From the NCBI GenBank assembly GCA_048128005.1, contig JBEUKZ010000054.1, forward strand, positions 1,178,001 through 1,242,000: DNA of 64,000 nucleotides, given 5' to 3'. The translations under genes and the position numbers were made by a program. Positions 1-12,200 of this stretch are shown piece after piece; within the stretch, counting starts at the first letter, position 1; every line of letters begins with the position of its first letter. Origin of the DNA: Veleropilina oligotropha (Eukaryota). The notes beneath the pieces are model-generated. The model saw only the letters and a program-made list of their open reading frames with translations, did not search any database and was not told where the DNA came from.

Positions 1-558
1 AAGTGACTTCTCCCCAACCTGGTTGAGTTTAAATCAACTGTAATTGATTTGAGTTTTCCCATATCTGAATATAAACATGCCTGCATGAGTATGGACATGA
101 GCTGTGAATCACTTCATAAAATGACTCTATTATCGCCCGCAATTGAATATTCCAGCTATGCGTGATATTTAGATGCAATCTCCTCGCATGATGTTGTTGC
201 TACAGAGGACAGACATCAGGGGCCAAGATTATAAAGACTCTATGAAACTCAGCTATGATAAAGAGTATTGCCCTGGGCCCAAGATTATAAAGGTCTGCTG
301 AGTACGATCTCAGACTCTGGTGACTGTTTCGTACTGAAATCAACACTCTTGATCATTGCATGTGTCGCGATTTGTTTCGACACTTTAATATATGTATATG
401 TATTTATATGGCCTTAAGCGCCTTCCGTACACTGTTGTGAATTGTGAATCGGTGAAATGAAATTGACATTGCAGTCACCTGATATTAAACGGTCAAATCG
501 TGCGGTTCCGCAAACAACGTTTGCCTTTTGTTATGCAAAATTATTCCCTATATAACAC

Positions 559-2548
559 TGTGCTGGAAGTGAAATCTCTCTCTTTCCTTGTGGCTCGATA
601 CCTCGCAAGGGAGGGCGTATTGTCTCGTCGTATGTTTGTGGCCATGTAAGTTGAGTGAATCCGATGTAACGTCTTTTGTTGTATTTCTGTTACTATCCGC
701 CGTATATTTCGATCATGTAAGTTAACTTTTCACAAGTTGGCAAAATAATCTTTATAAACGTGACTTTAATTACTAACATTCTCTTGAATTTAACAGCTAG
801 CATTGTATTTAATCGCTAGTATTAGTTTAAAATGTCGTTTAGAAATATAATATTATATAGTCTCTTGTTTCGTGATGTAAATTATCCTGGGACAGTTACG
901 GAACCTCCGCGAGGACCTTATGCGGAACGAGGCTTCGTGCTGGTCGGGAAGTGCTACTATCAGATATTAAGAACATTATTGAAGTACTCGCATCGTATTC
1001 GTTCAAGGGTGAAGTTGGATCTCTGCGAGAAGATTGTATTTCCTGTGCATTCGCGATAAATTATGTTAGTATAAATTCTGTTAGTGTTGTACATTATTGA
1101 AATGGTTCACTGATACTTTATCTTTAACGCCTTGTGACAACATTTTCGTTTAGCGAGATAACTTGTTTCAGTTTTATTGGTAACGCTATTTACTTTCTTG
1201 CGATGAGTTAATTTAATTGTAAACGATAGAGTTAATTCATGAGTGCTTTTTGCTCATTTCTGTTTGTATTCATCACGCGGGGATGTATTATTTAATATTT
1301 ATGATATGACGGCTCTGGTTATATTTTAAAGGATCTTGTGATCACGGTGCGTTTGAGGACATGAACGCTATATTCTGAGGAGTCGCTGTACCATTTCGAT
1401 GCTAAATACGCGAGATTTGCAATATCAGCTTTTCCCTTTTTGGGTTGGTTTTAACAACCTATAGGACCGGAAGTAGAACGGTCGTTGTTGGACAACGTTG
1501 GTGTCTTGTAGTGAATCCGCTGACGGGTAGTTTTGCTACAGGTACTTGTTGTCGTGTTGGAAGATTATGATGCAAGATTTTACGGCATTTATATACTGCC
1601 GACTGTTGTGGAGATATAACCTCACCTTTATGCCAGAGTCGTATTTGTTTAATGATTGTATATCGAGTAATAACTACCTTTTTCTCCCCGTGTTATTTAT
1701 TAGGATTATTCTGAAGTTGACTCGCTAATCGATTTCAAGTCACAAAGTGTTTACAAACTTAACCATGTCAGTTTCACCTTTAGTAAATCCGCTTCTATTG
1801 TAATATGAACAATCAAGAAATAGCCGGTAACACATATCGATGTATAGCTGTGGGATAGTGTTTTATGTCTGTTATTATAGGAATGGTTAATAAATAAATA
1901 TATTAGTTTTTATTACCTGTTCATTTGAACAGAACAATTCAACTACACGATTTCCTTTATAATTGGGTTGAGTTTTTCTCTGGTATTGTCTGTCACGGTT
2001 GAGACGGCCGTTTTAAACACGCGATATATTTTCGTAGGGACCTGCGTCGCGTCGTTTTCATGTTTGATCTGGACTGAGCGTGTTTATGCATTATGGTGGT
2101 GGCAGTTAAATATATAAATTTTCTATGATGCATCGGCTCCTCTTTCCAGGTCATTGTGTAAACGTTTACCATCGCTGTTCGAAGGGACGTGCCATCGGTT
2201 GGTGCTATGTGACTCTGGTGAAACCAGTTTGCCTTGACGTGGTCTACGTGATCGACAATTGAGGCCCGCTACTGTTCCATCTGTCGAGTTGTCGATCACG
2301 GGAGACTACAATGTGCGCGTGATTGCGTAATCGCGTGTTGGTTGAGTTTGACTTGACTATGGTGCTGCTTGAGGCTACGGTGGTCCGTTGGTTTGTTGGT
2401 TGACCGCTCGATTCGCGAAAGTTAGTGGCAACCCTTGTCACTTGTTTGTGTTTCACCGTTCGGTCCGCCAGTGTTGGTGGAGTTCATTGACCGTTTAGTG
2501 TCAGCAGTTGGGTTGGTTCTTGGGGGACGCCGCTCGGTCCGCCACACA
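559..2548. mobile_element. possible solo LTR or LTR-like repeat (boundaries uncertain)
   Basis: Non-coding, relatively CpG-rich 2-kb block starting TGTGC and ending ...GGTCCGCCACACA, with AATAAA near 1890 and several GTAAG donor-like motifs. No TSD found. Confidence 0.2.
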
Positions 2549-2623
2549 GACATAAGCACAAACTTATCGGGAAAATATCTTAGTGTGCACAGTTTTGGTT
2601 TACGCAGAATGAGTGTGTACTTA

Positions 2624-3690
2624 TCTTATAACGAACGAAGATCGTCCTATAGATTAGGGACATGACCACAATATCTACACATACCTGTGCATATCCTTGC
2701 AACTTGAACCGGATGGTCACGAATTGACCACTGCGCAAACTCCAGTCAGCCATGTATCGAATGTTTTGTGTTCACCACTCGATCTCGTTGATCTATTTTT
2801 ATTGGAGTACCAATATCTCGCACCATCGAGATATGCAAAACAACGTAATTATGGGACAACGGCCGATTGTAAACTTCAAATTATCCAAGTACAATAACAC
2901 TAATAACGAGACAAATTGATATAAACCCAATACTCTCATCTATGCATATCTCTTTTGCTACAAGAAGGGCGTGGTTTTGAAAAATTGTGACGTCGGCGAA
3001 AATGCGTAGCTAAGCAACAATGGGTGACGTCGCGGAATAGGTGTAGATTTTAACAAGTGACGTCAAAGAATGTGCGTAGCAACAATGTGCGACGTCGCGG
3101 AATGGGTGTCGGCTTACACTAGACGTTATGAATAAAAGACGTGTTTCAAAATTAAGCAACCATTACATCGCAGGGTACGGATTTCATAAAAAAAAATTAT
3201 GTATAATCTCTATTCTGCGTTCGTATCTAGGTGCTACCTACAACATATTAACGAACGCAGTTCGTCCTATAGATTAGGGACACAACCACAATATCTGCAC
3301 ATACCTGTGCATACCTTGCAACTTGAACCGGATGGTCACGAATTGACCACTGCGCAAACTCTAGTCAGCCATGTTTCGAAGGAAATTCGGTATTTTTACG
3401 ACAACGGCCGATTTTAAACTTCAAATTATCCAAGTACAATAACATTAATAACGCGACAAATTGATATAAACCCATTGCTATCGTCTGTGCATATATCTTT
3501 TTCTGCAAGAGTGGCGTGATGTTTTGATAATTGCGACGTCAGAGAAAATGCGTAGCTAAGCAACAATGAGTGACGTCGCGGAATGTGTGTCAGCTTACAC
3601 TAGACGTTAAGAAGACAGGGTACGGATTTCATAATTTTTATTTGTGTATAATCCCTATTCTGCGTTCGTATCTAGGTGCTACCTACAACA
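2624..3690 (+). repeat. two diverged tandem copies (about 620 and 445 bp) of the Helitron 5' module, with a third diverged start at about 3691
   Basis: AACGAACG(A/C)AG.TCGTCCTATAGATTAGGGACA... begins at about 2630 and 3250; both units end CTAGGTGCTACCTACAACA. Confidence 0.85.
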
Positions 3691-3748
3691 TATTATATAT
3701 AAATACGCAGTTGGTGTTTCTATAAGCCGGGTTTTCTCAATCACCGAG

Positions 3749-3868
3749 TGACATGGCGTATCGGGGAACGAGGGAGACCATTAGCGAGCTAGGAACTGTT
3801 TTTATTACCGTAAACCGGCAGTGTCGTAATACTGATGATGTCGTTACATTAAAGGCATATATGCTACA
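3749..3868 (-). repeat. 3' LTR of the Gypsy element
   Basis: TG...CA bounded and about 95% identical to 8490-8616. On the minus strand it is preceded by the purine tract AAAGAGTTTGAAAGAGGGA (PPT, 3869-3887). Confidence 0.9.
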
Positions 3869-4084
3869 TCCCTCTTTCAAACTCTTTAAGAATGAATGTA
3901 TATATTAATGACAATAATAATAAAGGCTTAGATACTTTAAATGTAATTAGCCAAATATTTAAAGTCTCTGATTCAGTAAGTTAAAGTCTGTTTCAATAAC
4001 TGAACTTTGATTCATTAACAAAATAAACTAAACTAAAAGTCTGTTTCGATTGATGCAATGTCGCGCTCACACAATTAAATGAGT

Positions 4085-7000
4085 CTATGAATCGAAACGT
4101 TTAGGTGGTCGGATTACTCGTCCGCTGCGGGTTGTCACCGGGGTTGGTTCTGGCGTGGTTGCTTCAGGGGAAGGGTGTGGGGTTGGGGATGGTTTCACTG
4201 AACTTTTGTCTTTACGCTTCGTCTCCTCACTTTGTACAAAGTTCTTGGCGGATGACTGGAGAGTCTGGTGAGGTGGCATTGGTGGTGGCTGTGTCGTTTG
4301 AGAGAGGAACCTGGACGGTTGCACGTTATCAGAACGCTTGTCGTGTGCTCCATAAGTTGAAAGTCTTAGGTGGCGTCTGTTTCTCCTGTACTTCTTACCA
4401 TTGTATTCTACCACGTATGATCTTGGTGTGTTGTGATGGCTGACAGCTCTACCGGATTTCCACTGTTTTGACCCGGGGAATGGTGCCATCATTATTGGGT
4501 CACTTGGCAGCAGAACAAGTCAGAAGATTTTGTATCATGATTTTCGCACTGTTTCTTCTTGGCACGAGCAAGGCGTCGCTTCACCTCTGTGTGATCAACT
4601 GCTATTGGCTTAGGTAGGTCTCTTGCAATTGGTAGTTTGTTTCTAGGTCGACGACTCATGCACAGGTGTGCTGGGGAGAGTCCACAACTTTCAAGTGTTG
4701 TCGATCTGTAGTCAAGAAGTGCTAGCTGTCGATCTGAGCTTTTAGACTACAGCCTTTTGGCAATTTGCACCGCACGTTCCGCTTCCCCATTCGACTGTGG
4801 GTAATTAGGGGATAATGTGAAATGCTTTATGCCATAGTCCTTTGCGAAGTGGGAAAACTCACGAGACGAGAATTGGGGTCCATTGTCAGTTCGCAGTCGT
4901 TCTGGAATGCCGTGACGACAAATTTGTTGTTTGAGAACACTGGTAGTTGTTGCGCTGGTTTGGTCTCGGACCTGGTCAACCTCAATGTATTTCGAGTAGT
5001 AGTCGATTGTCAATAGAAAGTGTTCTCCACTGATTTCGAACAAATCAGATGCGATCTCGCTCCATGGGAAGTCGGGAGTTTTCGTTGGCTTCATCGTTTC
5101 TGCTGCTTGCTTGTTCTGGAATGCGTTGCAAAGTGGGCAGTCATTGATAAGGTTTTCAATCTGTTGACTCATTCCAGGCCAGCAGAGTGCTTCTCTTGCT
5201 CTCTGTTTGCACTTTGTGATTCCCATGTGTGTTTCATGGATCTGGTTTAGCATGTTCTTCCTCATGCTAGGCGGAACAACAATCGTCATACCCTTGTATA
5301 TTATACCGTCTGAGACTGAGAGTTCATCTATGAAAGTCCAATATTCTCTGATGGAGTGTGGAGTCTCGAGCTTGCTGTCCGGCCATCCTTTCATGATGAT
5401 GGAGTGAAGTTCGTTCAGTTCATCAGCAGTTATCTGTTGGAATGTTGCGTAGCGCTCTGGAGTGACAGCGATAAAGTCAATCATATTGATAAAGATTGGC
5501 TCAATGTCTGGTTCAGTATCTGGGAGGTTTGCACGACTGAGGGCATCGCCAACTGGAATCTCTTTTCCAGGCTTGTATGTGACTTCTAGATCGTACGGTT
5601 GTCGACGAAGCATCATACTCTGCAGTCGCATAGGCGCTGATAGTAGAGGCTTTGAGAAGATAGCTGACAATGGCTTGTGGTCGCTCTCTACCAGCACGGA
5701 TTTCCCAAAAATGTAGTAGTGGAACTTCTTGCATGAATGGACAATGGCAAGGGTTTCCTTTTCGATTTGCGCATATCTAGATTCGGTCGGCGTGAGGGCA
5801 CGCGAGGTGTAGGCGATTGGTCGACCGTCTTGGATAAGTACACCACCAAGCGCATAGCTGCTTGCATCACACTGGATTAGCACATCCTTATTGGCATCGT
5901 ATTTGGCGAGAACAGGAGCAGTTGTACACAAAACTTTAAGTTTGGCTAAACAATCTTCTTGGGGTTTGTTCCAGTGAAAGTCAATTTCTTTCTTCAGAAT
6001 GTTTCGCAACGGAGCGTCAATTTCACTGAGGCCCGGCATAAACTTTGCCAAGTACTGAATGAGTCCTAAGAATAGTCGGACTTCTTCTTTGCTCTGTGGA
6101 GTTGGCATTTCCTTTAGAGCTTTCACTTTGTCGGGGTCGGGCTGTATGCCATTTTCATTAACGATATGTCCTGCATATTTGACTTCTGGTTTCTTGACCT
6201 GACATTTGTCGAAGTTGAGACCGAGGTTATAGGCCTTTGCCTGTTTCACAACTTTCTTGAGAATCATGTCATGGTGAACTGCATTATCACCGGCTATGAT
6301 AATGTCATCCATGAGGGCTCTTGCACCAGATATGCCTTCCAGCATAGTATCTATAATTCGTTGGAATATCTTGGGTGCTGACTTTACACCAAATGGGAGT
6401 CGTAGCCATCTGTAACGTCCTATCGAGGTGTTGAAGGTGGTTAGAAAACTTGACTCGTAGTCAAGTTTGATCTGGAGGAATCCTGATTTTGCGTCGAGAA
6501 CTGAAAACACTTTTGCAGTGGAGAAGGAACTGAGTACCTCTTCAACGGTAGGTATGGGGTAATGCTCTCTACGAATTGCACGGGTGAGGTCCTTAGGGTC
6601 GAGGCATATTCTGATTTTACCTTTCTTCAGCACTACAACCATGGAACTAACCCAGTCTGTGGGAGCAGTTACCTTCGTGATGTGACCGTCTCGTTCCATT
6701 TCATTCAGTTTAGCCTCGATCTTTTCCGACAGGGCCTTTGGTTGTCGCCTTGGACCATGAATAAAAGGTTCAACTGTTGGGTCGATCTTCAATCTGTATA
6801 TGCCAGGAAGTGTCGAGGCAGTCCTCTTCAGCTCTGGGTACTTGTCAAGTTCACATATTGAGTGTATACGTTCTATCAGGCCAAGCCGTTTACTTGATTG
6901 CCCTGACAACAGTGCATGGGTCTCTGTCTGTGTGGACCACCGTATACTTGACATGTACACACTTGGCTTTATACGTTGTTGGAAGTGTTATACAGCCTTC

Positions 7001-7200
7001 AACTTCAAGCGCGTGACCAGTGTATGACTTGAACTTCCTGTCTGTTTTGGTAAGTGGTTGTGTACGCTTCAAGTTCGAAAACATCTTGAATGGGAGGATT
7101 GATTCTGCAGCACCAGTGTCTATTTGAACAGTCTTGGTTTTCCCATTAATTTCGATGCTTTCCCACCATTCACCATGCTCACCAGTTCCCTCTTTTGTGT
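4085..7200 (-). pseudogene. pol: Gypsy pol (protease, RT, RNase H, integrase), disrupted
   Basis: Protease IDTGA at about 7110-7125. The 737-aa ORF 4747-6960 contains LDAKSGFLQI, RLPFG, LMDD, RNase H CDAS/ESDHKPL, integrase HETH..CPLC, SDLF, TDNGPQF and GEAER. A premature stop lies at 4747, and the C-terminal TRSGR..RPPKRF tail is in ORF 4085-4492. Confidence 0.95.
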
Positions 7201-8066
7201 CGTTAACGTAGTTTATAAGGTGAAGGAAATCACTATTTGGTTCATTATCAGAGTCTGAGTCCTGAACCGCATGAACTGTATTCTTGGTATGGATTTTAGA
7301 GCGACATACCTTTGCGAAATGTCCTATTTTGCGACATTTGGAGCACTTGCTACCTTTGGCTGGGCACTTTTGATGATTTTTGTTGCAGCCACAATATCCG
7401 CATTTATCATTTTCGCATTTCTGTTAGTTTTTGTCCGTTTTATTTGTTTTTCGGTAATCTGAACTAGGTTTACGACGAGATATGGAGTGCACATTTGAAT
7501 CTTCGTCAAAGGCGATTGCTTTCATGTTTTCTCGTGATGTCTCGTACGATTGTCCTATTTGAATGTCAATGTCCAAGGTAAGTTCATCTCCTTTCTCTAA
7601 GAACTTTTCACTGATTGGCTGCAGTGAACGGAGGACGATTGCGTCTCGAAGCATTCGATCTGTGTCTGCGTAGCCACAGTCAGACACCAGAAGTTTTAGA
7701 TCTGTCGCAAAGTTATCAAATTTTCCGTAGTTTCTTGTTTTCGTCCCTGAAATTTCACTGTAGCTCGTATTTCGTTTCGTTTTAATTGGTGCGACGTAAT
7801 GTGCATATTTATTATACACGCCTGTCAGGGTTTCGTTTTCAGGTGCATGGGTTATCTGAATTACCGGCAGTCCAAGTGAAGGTATTATATAGCTCACGTC
7901 CTTTGTCACCAATGAACGTCATCAAATAGTTCACTTTTTCGAGTTCAGATTTTGAGGCCAGTGGTCCTTTAAACGTGAATTCACAGTGTTGTTTAAAACG
8001 CTTCCATTCTTTATTTAGATCGTTAGCCTGCCAATTCATAACAGGTTTTGAACCGCTATCTGCCAT
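7200..8066 (-). pseudogene. gag: Gypsy gag, frameshifted
   Basis: WKRFKQHCEFTFKGPL...YLMTFIGDKGRELYNTF, DRMLRDAIV, and zinc knuckles including CSKCRKIGHFAKVC at about 7300-7400, split over several frames. Confidence 0.85.
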
Positions 8067-8315
8067 GATATGTATGTGTCAGGGTTCAACACTACACAAC
8101 AGTTTACTAGGTTTACACAATTTGACAGTTGACAATGTTAATGAGTTGGGCACACGTGTTTCATGTCACGTACGGACACCGTGACTGAAAATTGCTCGCT
8201 TTCACAAAATTATGGCTTGTCATACAGTCTTGTATTTTTCTAGTGTCTATAGTGAGTTCACTTAGCTGCGCATATCGGTGTGGTTTCTTGTAAGCAATTA
8301 TTTCGTTGTTTACAG

Positions 8316-8330
8316 CCAGTTCTGACACCA
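8316..8330 (-). other. primer-binding site (tRNA-Leu type)
   Basis: The minus strand reads TGGTGTCAGAACTGG, close to the complement of a tRNA-Leu 3' end (...CACTTCTGACACCA). Confidence 0.8.
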
Positions 8331-8339
8331 TACATCATG

Positions 8340-8482
8340 CACAGGCACTCGCCACCGGCCGCTAAACATGCACGCAGTTCGAAAAAAAATCGGGACCTCC
8401 TTTACTATCTATACAGTAAAGGAGGTCCCGATTTTTTTTTCGAACTGCGTGCATGTTTAGCGGCCGGTGGCGAGTGCCTGTG
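8340..8482. mobile_element. 143-bp palindromic MITE with 7-bp TSD (P-element-like ends)
   Basis: Near-perfect 67/68-bp arms CACAGGCACTCGCC...GGCGAGTGCCTGTG with an 8-nt loop. Direct repeat CATCATG at 8333-8339 and 8483-8489. Confidence 0.9.
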
Positions 8483-8489
8483 CATCATG

Positions 8490-8616
8490 TGATGTGGCGT
8501 ATCGAGGAACGAGGGAGACCATTAGCGAGCTAGGAACTGTTTTTATTACCATAAACCGGCAGTGTCGTAATACCGGTGATGTCGTTACATTAAAGGCATA
8601 TATATGCTTAGCTACA
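8490..8616 (-). repeat. 5' LTR of the Gypsy element
   Basis: Direct repeat of 3749-3868 with 6 substitutions and a small indel. It may extend to about 8331 across the MITE. Confidence 0.9.
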
Positions 8617-8773
8617 TTGATGTCAAATTGACGAGTGTGTCAACAGGAAAAAATTAAAAACTTTAGATTTTACATTGTTTTGTCTTATTCATCCAGAACC
8701 AGGGGGGGGGGGGGTGTCCATGCTGGGTTCACTGGTTGTAAGGGTCTGTTCAATTGTAGCGAACGTTAGTTAA

Positions 8774-8961
8774 CGCAATCTAAGCCATCTAATGGAATCT
8801 CGGAGAACCTAACGAGAAAGCGCTTGAATATTTTGGCTTCACTCAAGAAACTTCCCCTGGTCAAATCCATCTGGACTGTGAGTGGTAATATCAAATGTGA
8901 GCTCAAATCTGGAAAGATAATACCCGTGACCAAGATGGAGGATATTCATAAAGTTCATTAA
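8774..8961 (+). pseudogene. C-terminal remnant of LINE ORF1
   Basis: The frame from 8797 reads ISENLTRKRLNILASLKKLPLVKSIWTVSGNIKCELKSGKIIPVTKMEDIHKVH*, matching the I.E.LT...W...G.I motif of CR1-group ORF1 C-termini. No start codon (truncated). Confidence 0.7.
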
Positions 8962-9287
8962 TTAAAGTCCATGCACTGTGCTGTTTCATCAATTATCATA
9001 GTTGTTACATAGGTTTTCCATTTGTTTTCATGACATTCTGGTCAGTTCTGATCAATTTCTAAGATCATTGTTTTTGTTGACCTTACTATTTGGCAATTAC
9101 GGCAGTTTAAAGTAGCCTACTGCATTTAGCTTCACTTAATTTAAATTTATAATTCGATCAAGATATTTGCACTGTAATTAGTGTGTATCTATTTTAGTCA
9201 GAGTAGTTAACTTGTGAAATTGTATTTTATTTCCTTTTGTGAATATTATACCATTTTATTGATTATCTTTTAATGTAATTTTATTGT

Positions 9288-12200
9288 ATGAGCTATACAT
9301 CTCATATCTGTAGAACCTGCTGCAAAAATGTTAGACGCACTCAGAAGGCTATTTGTTGTGATGTATGCAACATGTGGACTCACTTGAACTGTACACTTTT
9401 ATCAGTTAACGATTATCTAAGACTTGATAATGTAACAGACTTATGGTACTGTCCGTCATGTACGACTGATATATTTCCCTTCAGTGAACTGGGCGAGGAG
9501 GAATTTTTATTAAACTTAGATCTCAATCTACCTGATCAAATAAATATTGAAAGCCTTGCTAAACTCTGCTTCAACCCGTTTGACTTTAATCACAAAAAGC
9601 ATTTACTAAATAATGATGATCTTGATCCAGACACACAGTTTTACAATTCGCTCAAAATTACAAAATGTAAGTACCTTGTGGAGGATCAGTTTAAAAGTAT
9701 TGCAAGAACTCATGCAGATAAGTCATTTTCAATTCTTCATCATAACTGTAGAAGTTTAAAAGCTAACTACGATAATATTACACAATATATCAGCTCGTTG
9801 GATTTTAATTTCTCTGTAATAGCATTCTCTGAAACTTGGCTAACTAGCAATGATCTCGAATCTGGTTTATATGATTATAAAAACTACCAATCTGTATTCA
9901 AATCTCGCACACAATCAAAAGGAGGAGCTGTTGGCCTATACATAAACAATCTGTTTAATCTCAAAATTAGGGACGATCTTAGCTTTTTCAATGAGGACAT
10001 TTATGAATCGGTTTTTGTAGAAATTATAAATGACACATCTAAGAACATCATCATTGGCGTTATTTATAGACCCCCTGATCATGATATTGATCAATTTCAA
10101 ACCAATCTTGATGTGATTATGGATATTATCACAAAAGAAAACAAATTATGTTACATTGCAGGAGATTTTAATATAAACTTATTAAATTATGACCAACATG
10201 AGAAAACTGCAACATTCGTCAATAAAATGATGAGTCACTCAATGATCCCCACTACTAATCAACCTACTAGAATAACAGAAAGTTCTGCTACACTTATTGA
10301 TAATATTTTTACAAATACTACTGCTTATGATCAAACTGCTGGAATATTATATTGTGATGCCTCTGATCATTTACTAATTTTCTTAATTACCGACTTTCTA
10401 ACCTCATCCGCATCAAAGGAAAAACCTATGTTCTATAGACGTGACATGAACGACGGTAATACCAAAATGTTTATTGAAGAACTGAAATGTGTAGACTGGA
10501 AAGACACACTAAGTCTAACCGATGCAGATGAATCTTATAACATTTTTATAGAGACCTATACACATTTATATAACAAATGTATACCAATCATTAAAATAAA
10601 ATCCAAACCGAAAAAAAATACAAATAAACCGTGGCTGACACCAGCCCTAATAACATCATGTAAACGGAAAAATAAACTTTATCGTGATTACCTCAAGAAA
10701 AAATCGTGTGCTGCAAATGATAAATATAAAAGATATAAGAACAAGTTGAGCCATTTGCTAAGATTGTCAGAGAAGGCTTACTTTGCTAGGAGGCTGGAGG
10801 AATCCAAATATGATCTTAAAATGACATGGTCAATTATAAAAAAGGCCATCAATAAAAAGAACAAAGAAAACCTTCCATCAGAATTTATCAGTAATAATAA
10901 TAAAATAAACGATCCTAACGAGGTAGCAGATAAGTTTAATGACTTTTTTGTAAATGTAGGACCAAATTTAGCCAAAAATATATGTAATATTAATATATCT
11001 CCAAAATCATTTTTGAATGGAAACAATCCTTCATCATTATTTTTTTCACCAATTAATGAACAAGAAATAATAAATATAGTATCAGGTTTCAAAGGCGGCA
11101 AAAGTGCAGGATTTGATGATGTATCACCTACAATTGTAAAGCAATCTATTGAACCAATAATCATTCCATTAACTCATATTTTAAACACATCTTTGATTAC
11201 GGGTAAAGTACCTGACAAACTTAAGATTGCCAAGGTTATTCCCATATACAAAAGCAATGACCCCTCATCTTTTACAAATTACCGTCCTATCTCAGTACTT
11301 CCATGCTTCTCAAAAATTCTGGAAAAACTTGTCTATAACAGGCTATTAAATTTCTTAAAAAAAAATAATATTATATATGACAGACAATTTGGATTTAGAG
11401 AAAAGCATTCAACCTATATGGCGCTTCTTGAATTAACAGATCAAATTTCTCAAGCAATAGATAAAAATGAATTTACTGTAGGTATATTTATTGACTTATC
11501 AAAAGCGTTTGATACCATAAATCACAAAATACTGATCGACAAGCTGTCTCATTATGGTATCCGAGGACTTCCTCTTCAATGGTTTGAAAGCTATCTTCAA
11601 CTTAGGCTGCAGTTTGTACAGGTAGAAAATTGTAAATCTCCTTTAAAAGGTATAACATGTGGCGTCCCTCAAGGTTCCATTCTAGGCCCCCTTCTCTTTA
11701 TTATTTATATAAATGATCTTGCAAATACATCCAAAATAATGCAGTTTATTCTGTTTGCTGATGATACTAATATATTTATTACTCACAAAAATTTTGAGTC
11801 TCTAATCGAACTTGTTAATGCTGAACTTGAATATGTCAGCAGTTGGTTTAAAGCAAATAAACTCTCATTAAACATCAATAAAACCAACTTTATTATTTTT
11901 AATAATAAAAATAAATATGTTCCCCGCAACACTATTATTAAGATTGATGGAGTAAGTTTAAACCAAGTTGTTTTTACAAAATTCCTGGGAGTTGTAATTG
12001 ATGAGAACTTAGGATGGCAACAGCACATCAAATTAATTTCAAATAAAATTGCCAAGAATATTGGAGTGTTATGCAAACTTAGAAAATGTTTACCATCACA
12101 TATACTTCCCACCTTGTACTGTAGTTTAATTCTTCCCTACCTCCAATATTGTAATATTGTTTGGGGCAGTACTTACCCATCTCGTTTAACGCATTTATGT

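Larger units (their letters stand above)
3749..8616 (-). mobile_element. Ty3/Gypsy LTR retrotransposon, Mag-like (K02A2.6-type), full length but decayed
   Basis: Two LTRs of about 120 bp, a tRNA-Leu-type PBS, a PPT, and domain order gag-PR-RT-RNaseH-IN, with frameshifts and stops. Confidence 0.95.

Noticed and set aside
10778..12112. Antisense ORFs within LINE ORF2, and similar ones inside Gypsy pol and Academ
   Set aside because: Shadow ORFs of the real coding strand with no recognisable motifs.
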